DNA of 64,000 nucleotides from Octopus vulgaris (taxonomy: Eukaryota), in NCBI GenBank assembly GCA_951406725.2, contig OX597817.1, forward strand, positions 40,052,001 to 40,116,000, written 5' to 3'. The notes under the pieces were generated by a model that was not told the DNA's origin, ran no database searches, and was given only the letters and a program-made list of their open reading frames with translations. Position 1 is the stretch's first letter, and each line of letters opens with the position of its first letter. Below, in pieces: positions 26,801-40,107 of the stretch. The position numbers and the translations under genes were made by a program.

Positions 26801-28198
26801 TTATTATTATTATTATTATTATCATCATCATTATCATTATTGGGTGAGAGAGCAGTGCATGCCATCAAAGTGATGCTGGAGTACAAATATATGAAGCCCA
26901 GTATACTCATCATGACTACTCGTCTGATAAGGGTATACCAGACACATGCATCACAACCATATGTGTGCAACATAGTGATTTCATATCAAGACAAACAGTG
27001 CATGAACTTGCAGGTGGGGCCCAGTTAGAATTTTCTGCAGGCTGAGTAGTCCATCCCACTCAAAAGGTCCCTGAATAAGGTTTGTTTAAAGATGTTGAAT
27101 GAAATACCCAGGTTTCCAAAGGTGAATTATTCAAACCCCAAAGAATCCCTCTCAACACATGGCTATGATGTTCCCCCACTACTTCTGCTCGTGATCAGAG
27201 ATGCATATATCGTCAGCCACTAAGAGACATGCTCAACTGTTTACGGTCAAACAACTGACAAGCAAATCTGGTTTTTTTGGCAGAATATTTGCTCTAGCCT
27301 ATCTTTTATACCAAAACAAAACAATGTACATGATAACACTTCCAATCAGTTAGGATCAGAAGCCATGATAGCCACTGCCTGGTATTGCATCAGGGCATCA
27401 TAGCAGTGGCAGCATTATTATATTAGGTGGCAAGCTGGCAGAATGTTTAGTGGTATCTTGTTTGCCTTTACATTCTGGGTTCAAATTCTTCCAAAGACAA
27501 CTTTGCATTTCATCCTTTTGGGGCTGATAAATTATGTACCAGAGAAACACTGGGGTCAATGTATCCTCCAGATTTCAGGTCTTATGCCCCTAGTAGAAAG
27601 GATTGTTATTTTTTTCTGCTTAGTTATGGAAAATGGTAGTGCCTGTGACCTTTTCCAAAGTCTTCAAAACTGATGTTTTGGAGGGAGGGTGTTAAGAAGT
27701 TATTGTCAAACCAATGCATTTTAATCTGAATGCTTACAGTAGACTAGATTCCATTTAAAGCACTTGAGGCCATGTGGTGGTATTACAACAGGTGACAGAT
27801 TAAGTCTGCCCCACAGATAGGATGCAGCAGGATTTGAACTCAAAATGCTAAGGGCTGAGAAAAATAACATAAGGCATCTATCCAAGGCCCTAACAATTTC
27901 ACTAACCCAAATCCTAGACTAATGCTTTATTTATCAATTTCTGAAGGATGAAAGGCAAAGTTGATCCCGAGGTGCCTGGCCCACATTTCCATACTCATAT
28001 TCATATTCCCAGAACAAAATCAGACTATTTGCCTGGTTGTAGGCTGGGAATTTTTCCTTTTGACCTTACCAGAACCAGACCATTGCCACTTTTATCATCA
28101 CTGTTTCTCTGTTTGCATGGTTTGTCATTAAAATTTTTAAAAAAAACAATCCCATTAAGAAATATCAATTTTTCTTAATCTTATTTTAACTCATACAG

Positions 28199-28510
28199 AA
28201 AATTCTAGAAGATATAGAAAATCAGAAGAAAAAATCAGAAAATTTACTACAATTGCTGCCAAGTCAAATGCAGAATGCCAGCTACAAAAGTTCTCAGCAT
28301 TCCTCATTAATGTCTGAAATTGAAGAATTACACAAGTCAGCTAAAGAACACCATGATTGGCTATTGAAGGCTGTCAAACAGAAAGAAGAGAATGATCAAG
28401 AGATAAAGCATGTCAAAACAGCTTTGTCTTCTGTACAGACCAAATTGTTCCATACCTACAATACTTCAGCAGATATTGAAATTTTAAGAAGAGAAAAGCA
28501 AGAAAATGAG
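28199..28510 (+). CDS. Coding exon (104 aa, phase 0/0), divergent spectrin repeat
   Basis: Acceptor ttttaactcatacag|AAA, donor GAG|gtaaat. KILEDIENQKKKSENLLQLL...IEILRREKQENE is helical and in frame with its neighbours. Confidence 0.88.
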
Positions 28511-29774
28511 GTAAATAGTGAAGTTTACTTTGTCTCTTTTTCTCATCTTTAATCCAGAACACTTTTTTTTTTCTCACCTTTAATCTAGAAATATATTTTC
28601 TTACCATAAATCCAGAACACTTATCGTCACTTTAAATCATGAATACATTTTTTTTAAACTAAATAGACGTATGCAGAAATATAATGAAATTTATAAGATG
28701 ATCTTAAGAATGAAAAATAAATTTCTGTAGCAAAAATGTTCCTAAGTTTTCTATATATAAAAAAAATGTGTTAATAGATATATTTTCTATACAAAACATG
28801 AACGACACTGATTGGTTTTAAATGCTTGCAAATATACTTCTGTATATAATGTAATCATTTGAAGAGACGAGTATTGGTGTGCATCAGCTAAATTCAATTT
28901 AGTAAAAAGTAAAAATTGAATTATTGGAGTGTGTTGTAAAGAGAGACAGAAAAAAAAGAAGCAATTTTTTTGGCAGAGTGCCAAATAAGAATAGTGCTTA
29001 GGTATTGGAAACTGAAAGAATACAATAGAAATTTATAAATTTTTTTCCCCTTAACTAATTTTAAATGATCATGGCTTTATCGACTTTTAAAGAGCTACAG
29101 TAGTAAAGTAAATACTCAAATAAATTACTATGTTTTCTTTAAAGCTTGAGTCAGTGTTTGCCATAATATTACATTCTCTAACACATGGCTGCATTTAAAT
29201 ATATAGAAAACATCATCTGTATGTAAAAGCCAGTTGAAGCATTGTAGAATTTAGAAAACGAATGAACAGCTAACAGATTTTATAGAGTTCTACCATGATT
29301 AAAATGTCAGAAAAGGACTCATACTAATGCTACTAAACTATGATCTGTATTAAAAACAAGTGGTGAAGTAGCAAAAACCATATAATATTTCACTAATTGC
29401 TTTAGTTCTCTTCTTTGTAGCCAGTGTTAACTTAGCATGTCATTCCTTTAGAATTGTTAAAATAAGTACCAGTAATGTGCTAGGGTAGATTCAATTAACC
29501 ATGTTATACTACTTCAAAAACTGGCTTATATTTATTTGTATCACATATTTTGAGAATAATACTCTCATTAATTATAGTTCCTAATGTACCAATCAGTCAC
29601 TAGTTCACTCTGTCTCCAAAGTTTAGGTGAGAAACACAAGGGAGTCTTTGTGCAACTCAGATAAAATATACACCTCAAAATAATTTTCTTCAATGCACTG
29701 ATTTATTCACTATTTCTCTCTAATGTGTATGATTTCCCAATATATACATACATATACATATATAAATGTTATGC

Positions 29775-29825
<51 letters not shown>

Positions 29826-30330
29826 TACATGACAAGCTTCTGCATGGTCTTTGTTTACCAAATTTCCTTCACTACACATTGGACAGCCAAAGGCTTTATT
29901 AGACCCCACTTTCCTAACATGTCATACAGTAGGATTGAACCCAGAATCACATGGTTACAAAGTGAACTTCTTAACCATACAATAAAGTCTGGTGTCTACA
30001 TAACAAATTACCATGACAAAAAACTGGTATAATTCACTCTAAATAGTCACAAAATACTAAATATATCAACTGAACCAAACAGTCATAAATTACAATACAA
30101 GATTCTTCCAGTATATTGAGGTGAATAACATGTTTCTTATCCAAAGTTCAGAGCCATTGTGGAGCATGTAAAATATGTAAGAAATAACAGTAGAAGTAAA
30201 ATAGCTACAACTAGTTGAAAATATATGTCTCATTAATAGAATTAATTATAACTAATAATTACATATTAAAAACTATCAAAAGTAGGAGCTATGAAAAGAT
30301 TAACGTCTCTATTACTACATGGAAATCACT

Positions 30331-30554
30331 TTAACCCTTTTGTTACTGAATTTATTTTGAGATGCTCTGTGTTTCCTTCAATAACTTTATAACAAAGAAT
30401 TTAGTAAAATAACTTAGTTATCATTCAGCTAGTGTTAAGAACATAAATTGTGACTAAGGTTTGGTGGAAGATTTTAGTTCAAAACTTATGAAAACAAGAC
30501 ATTTGTACTCACAGCCAGAGCTGGTTTCAACCGGGTTGGTAATGAAAGGGTTAA
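30331..30554. mobile_element. piggyBac-type MITE
   Basis: TTAA-CCCTTTTGTTAC ... GTAATGAAAGGG-TTAA; decayed relatives near 35540-35760 and 48415-48615. Confidence 0.8.
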
Positions 30555-31419
30555 CATGATGTTATAATTTTACAATCCTCTATGACTCTTTAATAATTAA
30601 CCCTCACCATTTTCAGTTTACAAGTAATGTTTATATGTTTCTGTGCACTACTAGAAAATGGCATGTAAAACCATCATGGTAGAAGTGATTTCATTTCTAT
30701 GCTCCTTTGTATGTTTTCAATATGTTTATCTATAATTTATGTATTCACTCTGTCTATGTATTATTACCCATATTAATCGTGAGTTAATAACATTCTTTAT
30801 AAATATCTTTGTCACAGTTATTGTCATTAGTCTTTCTTTAATCCTGCCATGGCTTGTGTTAGAAAATCCATTTCATTATTACACCCAACCATTACAATAT
30901 ACCTTTCACTCACATATTATCTGAGAGAAAATTGTGCTGTAAATTTATTTGAGTAATCAATCTGTTGAGTAGTAATCCATACATGTTCTATGGATTCACA
31001 TATATAACTATAATACCATATATGGTTTATCAAATTTTGTACAAGATGGGTCAAAGTAATTACTTTAATTTTTAATCTGAATAAATAATACATTTAAAAC
31101 TAAAAGAAATCTTTTACTAAAATAGTAATATAGAACACCATAACTTAAAAAGAAAAGAAAAATATAAATTAATTATAAAAATACTAAGCAGTGAAGATTA
31201 ATAACTACAATAACCACAGTGAATGTCTTTCCATGTTTGAATGTACATGAGCATGTCGAATTTTAATGTACACAATTTCAGTTTAATAACTATTGCTTTG
31301 TATGTTTATAATTAATCCTGGTTTGACAAGGTTTTGCACATGCCAGCAAATGTATATTTTGTTGTTTACATATAAGAATGGCAGTTTCGACTAAACTATG
31401 AACAACTGATGCTGTGTCT

Positions 31420-31460
31420 ATCACTGATGAAGTATAATCATACAGAAACATGTGTCTGGT
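31420..31460 (+). ncRNA. Minimal type-I hammerhead ribozyme motif
   Basis: ATCA-CTGATGA-A-GTAT-AATC-ATAC-A-GAAAC-ATGT-GTC-TGGT: 4-bp stem I with one GU pair, stem II GTAT/ATAC, GUC triplet. Confidence 0.6.
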
Positions 31461-31827
31461 TGTCTGATTGTGGTATTCAGAGCACAGCTTGACAAATATA
31501 AACTTTAAAATTCTAATTAAAACTTAAGGTAGTTACTTCTAGCCTACCATGTATATATGGATTAAGATAATAGTAATGATGACTGAATTTTAGTTTTAAC
31601 AAAAATCTACAATTTCAGTTCAGCATTTTTTTCTGAAGGCAAACGTATTTAAAACCATACCCTAACCATGTAGCATCTCCTCTAACCCTAACCCTCCTTC
31701 TCTATTGTAAGTGACATTAGTTGTGATTCATATTGTAAAGAATGTCTCAATAACTGTTGCAATACAAGTTGTCAATTCTTCATTTCTATTGATCTCACTA
31801 CTGTCTGTTTTCTTTATAACTGTCTTG

Positions 31828-31894
<67 letters not shown>

Positions 31895-32608
31895 TTATTT
31901 CTCTAATAGCTGTTTTATGTCTTGTTTTATTCACTTACTTTTGAATATCCATGTATGTGTATCTGTGAATGTGTGTGTGTGTGTGTGTGTGTGTGGTGGA
32001 TATTTCTTGTGGCTGAGGAAGATGTCCACCTGGTGATGGCTGATTTATGTGTGATATGTTTTAATGTGGAATTAGTTGCTATATCAGCAACCACATCATT
32101 TATACACATCTTTTATCAGATCCAGTGCTAAAGTACACTGAAATGATTGGTGGATTACTGTCCTGTGAATAAGAAAATATATCACGCACACACACTCACA
32201 CACACACGTTTACAATGACATGTCTATGGTTATAAGTATATGTACATTTCACCTACAGATGTTTACAAATGTATGTATATCACACATTACAACTGTACGT
32301 GTATCACACATATCATACATAGCAAATATATGCATTTCACACACATAACACACACACACACAGAGGTTTACAAATGTATATACATCACACACACATATGT
32401 TTATTAATGTATGCATATCACAGATGTGTTTATAAATATGTGTATATCACACACACACACACACATTTACCAATGTATGCATATTTCACACATACATATA
32501 TTATATATTGCTTTGTATGTAGTTGCTGTTAACACTGACTAATGAATCATGGATATAGTCATTTTCTATTTAGCATGCTTTGATAAAGAGTAACCAAATT
32601 GTTTTCAG

Positions 32609-33382
32609 GCTCTAGCAGCTCAAATAAGAGCCAACCAAGCAAGGCTGAATGAAATTTATAGAAGAAGTAAAGAATTGTCTAAGAAAGCTAATTTTCAAAA
32701 ATGGTCAACTGTTTGGAATATTCCCCAACCAGTCTTAAATCCTTCTGCCAGTGAACCACAAATGTCTACACTGAATAACTCTGAAGATTCCAAATTATAT
32801 GATAGTGGTATATTTCTTTCAACAAGCGACATAATGTCCCCAAACTTTCGTTCATTTAGTGTTTCGACCCCACTAAACTTTTCTTCATCTGGTGCTTCGA
32901 CTCCTGAAACACCGTTATCCTTGGGATCAATTCTTTCAAAGGGATCTGATTATTCCAAAACATTAAATTCGCCTGTTAGGAAAATTTTCTCAGATAAGCT
33001 TGATTCTCAGAACAGAGAACACTTTGCCTTCAATTTCGATGAAAGAACAACAGAGAAATTTTCCACACCAACAAAGATTTCGGCTTCTTCTACTGAATAT
33101 TCAAAACCACAAAATCTTATAAAAAATGACATGAAAGGGTTTGGATCAGCTCCAAAATTAATGACATTTACAAGTAATATGTGTAATGTACCATTAAATA
33201 ATTCCAGTTTAATATGTGAAAGTAATTCAGCTCCTATTCTAAGAACTCATGAATCAATCTCTAATAAATTTCAATGGCCCGGTAAACAGCAACAACTACC
33301 TGGAACAATAATTAGATTCTCCCCAAGACCTCTTTCTGTACAATACCAGTTAAAAACAAAGTCTATGGTAACTATGAACTAA
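32609..33382 (+). CDS. Large coding exon: spectrin-like helix followed by about 230 aa Ser/Thr/Pro-rich low-complexity region; ends at donor 33367|33368 (phase 0) or reads on to stop at 33380-33382
   Basis: Acceptor attgttttcag|GCT, in frame: ALAAQIRANQARLNEIYRRSKELSKK then SP/TP-rich sequence. A 774-nt open frame is unlikely by chance in such AT-rich DNA. Candidate donor ATG|gtaact. Confidence 0.8.
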   Translation, partial: ALAAQIRANQARLNEIYRRSKELSKKANFQKWSTVWNIPQPVLNPSASEPQMSTLNNSEDSKLYDSGIFLSTSDIMSPNFRSFSVSTPLNFSSSGASTPETPLSLGSILSKGSDYSKTLNSPVRKIFSDKLDSQNREHFAFNFDERTTEKFSTPTKISASSTEYSKPQNLIKNDMKGFGSAPKLMTFTSNMCNVPLNNSSLICESNSAPILRTHESISNKFQWPGKQQQLPGTIIRFSPRPLSVQYQLKTKSMVTMN

Positions 33383-34708
33383 AACGACTAAGAATTACTT
33401 ATTACTAACAAGTGCTATGTGGATTTGCTTTTGATATTACTAACAAACAGAATGCTGGGTTTTCTTTAAATAACCTGCCTACAATTTACTCTTTGTCTAT
33501 ATAACATACCAACAAATTCTTTATTTATATCACTTGCTATATATATGTGTGTCTGTACATACATATATATATATATGTATGTATGTATACACACATATAT
33601 TTAAATCAATACATGCACTTGAAATAGCATTGGGTTAAAATAATGCTGTGTTTAATGTGTGCAAACATATATAATGTATATACAAATATAGAACTAAACT
33701 AGCTGTAATATATTGCTTCATAAAACTTCTCTTAAGAGAATGTGTTAAAAACACTACATGCTCTGATTTAGCTCAGAATGTCTAGAGTTGTTTGTCACTG
33801 ATGAGATTAAATCAAACCAAAATACCAGTGTCTGATGTTTCACTGAAATCATTCCAAGCCAGCTGTCTTTTCAACACACAAATTCTCTTGAGAGAAATTT
33901 CATTGACAAAAAATATTCCAGCTGGTACCATTTTATTTACATTTATATAAACATTATAATTGTTATACACATCATTCTTTTAACATAAATATATGTATGC
34001 ATAGGATTTTTTTATATTAAATGAGAATACTACAATAGTCACATGGAGGCTTAGAATTTTGTGCCAAAGTACTTTTTACTTCAATGAAAAGAATATGAGA
34101 TCCATTTATTGTACTGTTTTGAGAATCATTAAAAGGATTTTAAAAATTACTATCAAAGTTACAATGATTAGAGTGAATAAATGTGAATTAGTTACTGGTA
34201 TAGCAGCTTGAGGATGTGAAATGGGATTTCTAGAAACACACATGCTGTGTGTGTGTGTCTGTTACTTTTATTGCTTCGTCCAAATTCATGACACAAGCCA
34301 CTTTCGGTAAACTTTCTACAAAGAAAAATAAATCAGTATCATCAGTATAATGAATTTAGACAAAGTAAAGACAACACACAGATGTGCACACATACACATG
34401 CATGTGCAAGTATGCACGTGCACACACACACACACACATATGCCAGACAGCCACACATGCTAATGATGCACTTGTGTGTGCACACTCATTTGCATACATT
34501 CATTTTAGTAAAAGCATTCACCTGAGTTCTACATTGTTTGTTTAAGAGAACTCAATATATACACCTGTACACATAGATGCTTCCATGACAATAGTAGAAA
34601 AACACTTTCCATACATTTTCCAATCTTAGTTTCATAAGTACTTTCGCAAGAAACTCTAGGTCCTGAACTCCTGTAGTATTCTCAGCTTATAACGATAATA
34701 ACAATAAC

Positions 34709-34742
<34 letters not shown>

Positions 34743-37700
34743 GTAACTTCATAAAATCTGCTTTATGTATTACGTTGTCATCCTCCTATTTGTAAAGGTA
34801 ATTAGTTATTCATGTATATGAGTTAGAAATAAATTTAAAAGAGTACAACTGATAAATACATATATTTAGCCTTAGCATTGCTATGCCATATAAACCCCAT
34901 GGTTAAAGCACACAACTCTCTCTTTGTAGAAATGGGTGAAGGACAACTCTACTAGTTTTACCTGTTGAATTGTTATTTGGTTTGCACTGTAGGGATAAAA
35001 CCTTGGGAGTTAACCATGACTAAATAATTATTAGCAGTGATTTCTAAATTTCTAACTTTATCACAAATACTTTTTAAACAGTAGGGAAAAGGATTTTTGT
35101 TAATCATTTCAACTCTTTACAAGACTGGCTTTTATTTTATTGACCCCAGGAGAATGAATGGCAAAGTCAATACTGGCAGGGTTTAAGCTCAGAACATAAA
35201 GAAATGTGTCTAGATATTAGGCATTTGGCCTGGCCTTCTACCATTTCTAACATTCTAATGATACATATTATATAATTTTCACTGAATATTATATGAGCAA
35301 AGTTTGAGGAATTTTATTCTTAATACACAATGTGCCACAGAATCAGTTAGTGAAACTTATGATCCTATGAACTCATGAACTAAAATTGGTAAGACTTTCC
35401 TAACCACAGCTCAGGTTTAATGCTCAATTTTGGCTTCTATAGCATTGAACAGAGCAGAGATAAACTTCAAGCTATATAAGAGGCTCATCTATTAAAAGTT
35501 GCTTCCCTTCAAATGCAATTAAAATCAACACATTGAATGATAATGCAAAATACACATTTTAACATTTTGTTTATATTAGTTGATATACAATGCCTTTCAT
35601 TCGATTAATTTTGAAAAATAACGAAAAGTTTGATAAAATAATTTTGTCCATATTAAGTTGGTATTTGGATCATAAATTGCTGTGAAATTTTGCTAGGTTT
35701 TAACTTATATTATTTTAAAGCAGAAAGTTTGTATCATAGATCCAGGGTCAGTTTCAGGCATATTGGAACCAAAAACATTACTTCTACTGTACAAATTATA
35801 TAACAGTATCAATTATACAATCCATGTTACTTATCTGCTGGACTTGACTCTGGACACAGTGGCAAGATGGAAATGCTATCAACTCAACCATTTGCATTCT
35901 TCTGTGAATTCACTTTTCTCCATTGAAGTCATTACTGATGACCCCCTTGTATTTTGTATTCCTTCTACTAGACTTAGGTTGCTATTGGAAAGCTTATCTT
36001 AGATACTGCAATGTGTGTGTGTGTGTGCATCATCATCATCGTCATTTAACATCTGTTTTCCATGCTGGCATGGGTTGAACAGTTCTACAGGAGCTGCTGA
36101 GCCTTAGAGCTACATCAAGCTCCATCTGTCTGCTTTGGCTTGGTTTCTATGGCTGAATGGCCTTTCTAATGCCAACCACTTTACAGGGTGTACAGGGTGC
36201 TTTTTATGTGACATTACCACAGGTGCATTTTGTGTGACACCAGCATGAGTGCTTTTCACATGGCATCAGTGGGATTGCCATGTAGCTTACAAGACAAGAC
36301 CTCTCACCTGAGAGAGGGACTGGATGAGAGGAAAGTGGCTGTGAGCTAGGTGAGAGGTTAGAGTATAATAGAGAAACAGAGATAGCTGTCTTACTATAGA
36401 GCAGCTACTTGACTACCTTAAGTATATTACATTATAATGACATAATTAACTGAACCCTTGTGAAAACATCAAACAATGACCAGTATGGACTTGCTTGTGT
36501 TTATAATCCTTTCTACTTTATGCACAAGGTCTGAAATTTGTGGGGAGGTTGGCTAGTTGATTATATTGATTCCAGTGCTTGAATGGTACTTATTTTATCA
36601 ACCCTGAAAGAATGAAAACATCTCTGTTAATAATAATAATAATAATAATGATAATAATAATAATAATTATTATTATTATTATTATTATTTCTGATTTAAC
36701 CAAAAGACCAGCACTTTTGACAAGAGGGGTTTAGTTGGCCCCATTGATCCCAGTACTTGATTAGTATTTTATGTTGTTGACCCCTTCACACACAATCACA
36801 CACAACCGGAAGGCTGAAAAGCAATACTGAATTCAGCAGGAATTGAACCCAGAATGTACACAGTCGGAACAAATACTGCGAGGCATTCTGTCTGACACTT
36901 TAATGATTTTGCCTGTCTAATGCCCTTGTACAATTATTATTGCATGCATTTGCATGCTTGCATGTGATTGGGTCTGTTTTAGGAGGTTGCTAGTTTGATG
37001 CAATAACTGGTCATTCAGTTAAATAAAACTTCAGAATGTAAAGGATCGCATGCAACTGTTTCTGGATAAATGCTGTATGACATGATAATGGCGTCACCAG
37101 TTAATAAGAATGAACTTCCACTCAATAACCCAAATATAACATAGGGGTGGATTTAAAGATTTGCTACTACAGCAAAAATGAAAGATCTTCTGGACATGAA
37201 TGATAAGAAAAAAAACACAAAAAATAGCACATTTGTTTTTTAACTAAAACAGGTACGATGTCCACATAAAATGTTGAGAAAGGTGCAGGCATGGCTGTGT
37301 AGTTAAGAAGTTCACTTTGTAACCATGTGGTTTGGGGTTCAGTCCCACCGCAGCACGTTGGACAAGTGTCTTCTACTATAGCCCTAGGCTGACCAATGCC
37401 TTCTAAGTGAATTTGTGAGCCGTTGTATATTATCATCATCATTTAACGTCTGTTTTCCATGCTGGCATGGGTTGGACTATTTGGCAGGGGCTGATAAGTC
37501 AGAGAGCTGCGCCTGATCCCATTTCCTGCTTTGGCATGGTTTCTATGGCAAGATTTCCCTTCTAATGCCAACTACTTTTAGAGTGTACTGGATGGTTTTT
37601 ATGTGGCACCAGTGCTGGTGCTTTTTTGCATGGCACAAGCACCAGTGGGGTTACCAAGTAATATGGAAGACAAAGACCTCTTGGCTAGGAGAGGGAGTGG

Positions 37701-37989
37701 TACTGAGGGAGGTGTCTTTGTGCCAGTTAAGAGGTTAGAATGTAATAGAAGGAGAGAGGCACATACTACCCGACAACCAGTGCTGGTTTGTTTACATTCC
37801 TGCTATTTTGAGATCAACGAAAGAGACTGATGCAGTAAGTACCAGACTTTAGAAAAATGTACTGGATTTGATTTGTTTGACTAAAACCCTTCATAATTGT
37901 TCTCCATTATGGCTACAGTTCAATAACTGAAACAGGTAAAAGATAGAAGATAAAAGCAAAATTTCTTGAATTTGAAACAATGAATTTTA

Positions 37990-39840
37990 ATAGAATAAGA
38001 CCTTTAATAATGTTATCAGTTCATTCCTTTAAAAAATGGATAATTGCTGGAAGAGTGAGATTCTTATTGCAACATCAATATGTTACAGAATCAATTCAAG
38101 ATTATTCTTAAAGACGATGTGTATCAAAGTGATTTTGTTAACTTGATAAAATTGGAACTAAAGGACAAAGTATGGAAGAGGATTTGATTGAAATAAGATT
38201 TATAGAGAGCATGCAATCATCCAAGCGCCACATCAAGGCTTTAGAATATCTTCAATCAGGTGATCAGAAACTCAATGCAATACTGAATTCCTTCAACAAT
38301 AAGAAATGCTTTCTATGTTCCGGATGATTGGGGTGTTGGGCAAAAAAGAAGAAAATGTAGGAAAAAAGCCTTAATAATATCATTGTGCCATTTGTTGATA
38401 GAAACATGTAGAAATCTGATTATAGATGGCGCATTGTGGATATAAGCAAGTACAATTAAAATGTCCTGCATTTGGTAAAACTTGTATTATGTGTTCAAAA
38501 AAGAATCCATTTAAGGCTGCATTTAAATCTGGAAAATACAAACACTGGGGATATTAAAGACGAAGATTCTGAAATTATTAATGAAATTGGTTTAAAAAAT
38601 TATTAATGTGAATGATTAATGGTTAATGTAAAACTTGATAATAATAACTTTAAAATGCAAATTGACACTGGCAGTTATGCAATTATAAATACCTGAGGAG
38701 TTTTGAATGAACCAAAATTAAGAAAATGTGATCTCTAAACTAAAATAATTTGGTGGGTTACTCATTGAGATTTTAGGAAAAATTTGAAGCATTAATGGAA
38801 ACTGTTAAGAGAATATAGGTTGTGAATGTTATTGTTGCTCAAAAATAAAAAGAAATCATGGCTTTCTTGGTATGGCTGTGATGAATATTGACAGTGAAAC
38901 ATTAATACATGAGATTGAAGCTCCAGGGCAATTTGAGAGATTAAGAGGTTTTAAGACTAACATTCTTTGCCAAGGAAATATCAGGCCATGTTATTTTGAG
39001 ACCCAACCAATGCAATGCACATTAAACCATTAGCAAAGCTAAGGAAACTAATTAATAGAGTTCCTCCCAGAGGGAGTAAATGGACTTTTCATTTAGTGGT
39101 TGTGTGAAAGACAGACAGAGATCTCAGAATATGTGGAAATTATAAAATGGCTATAAATGAAAGAATTTGTTCTGATTCTTATCAGATTCTAGCTGCCGAA
39201 TCAATATTTCATTCTGTTTCAAGTAAATTGTATTTAAAGGGGATTTAGTATCAGATAGAAATGCTTCTGAAGTAAAAGATGTTGTTACTACAGTATATAC
39301 ACCAATGTATCTTCTAAGATACACATGTTTGCAATGTAGAATTGAAACAGGCTGCACTATTTCAAAGAATAAGTGAACATGTAACTGGAAATGGCATAAA
39401 TAATATTACTATTTATCAAGATGTATCGGTGCTAAAACTGTTGAAAATCTATATATCAAGGTAGATAAGATGATAAATCGGTTGGAATTGTCAGATATGA
39501 ATATCCAATCAAGCTAAATCTATGTTAGAGGTTGATGGATTATCTTTTGGCAGTATAGACTGAAAAAGGAGGGTATATCACTAGATCATCATTTAGTAGT
39601 GAAAACTGTGAAGTATAAATGACCATAGGTCAAGAAGCAATTAGAATCTTTTCTCAGACTCATTAATTTCTATAATCATTAATCACACCAAATGTCATTG
39701 TTTGAATCACTAACAAATGTGTTGTCCCATTTTCATGAGGGATCCGACAACAGAAGGTATTTCAGCATATAAAACTAATGTTAGTAGTATCAATGCTAGT
39801 TGTTCAGATTTATGACTGCATGAAAGAAGTTAGCTTAAAG
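37990..39840 (+). pseudogene. Heavily decayed Ty3/Gypsy gag-pol
   Basis: Motifs in the expected order: zinc knuckle CPAFGKTCIMCSKKN (38462), protease FKMQIDTGS (~38650), RT WTFHLVVV*KTDRDLRICGNYK (~39081), IYQD, ESFLRLINFY; many stops. Confidence 0.8.
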
Positions 39841-39853
39841 GCTATCTTTTATA

Positions 39854-40049
39854 TTCTCTCTTTTACTTGTTTCAGTCTCTGGCCATGCTAGGGCACCACC
39901 TTGAAAAAATTTTTAATCAAAGGACTCAACCCTAGGGATTATTTTTTAAGCCCAGTGCTTATTCTATCAGTCTCTTTTGCCAAACATTTAAGTTACAGGG
40001 ATATAAACACACCAATGCCAGTTGTCAAGCATTGGTTGGACACAGACAC

Positions 40050-40107
<58 letters not shown>

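Noticed and set aside
26840-27400. Complex-sequence block between TAA/CAT repeats, probably another interspersed repeat
   Set aside because: Single copy in the window with no diagnostic motif, so it cannot be classified.
33281-33287. Alternative donor CCG|gtaaac in the large exon
   Set aside because: It is phase 1, and no downstream phase-1 exon was found; all identified exons are phase 0.
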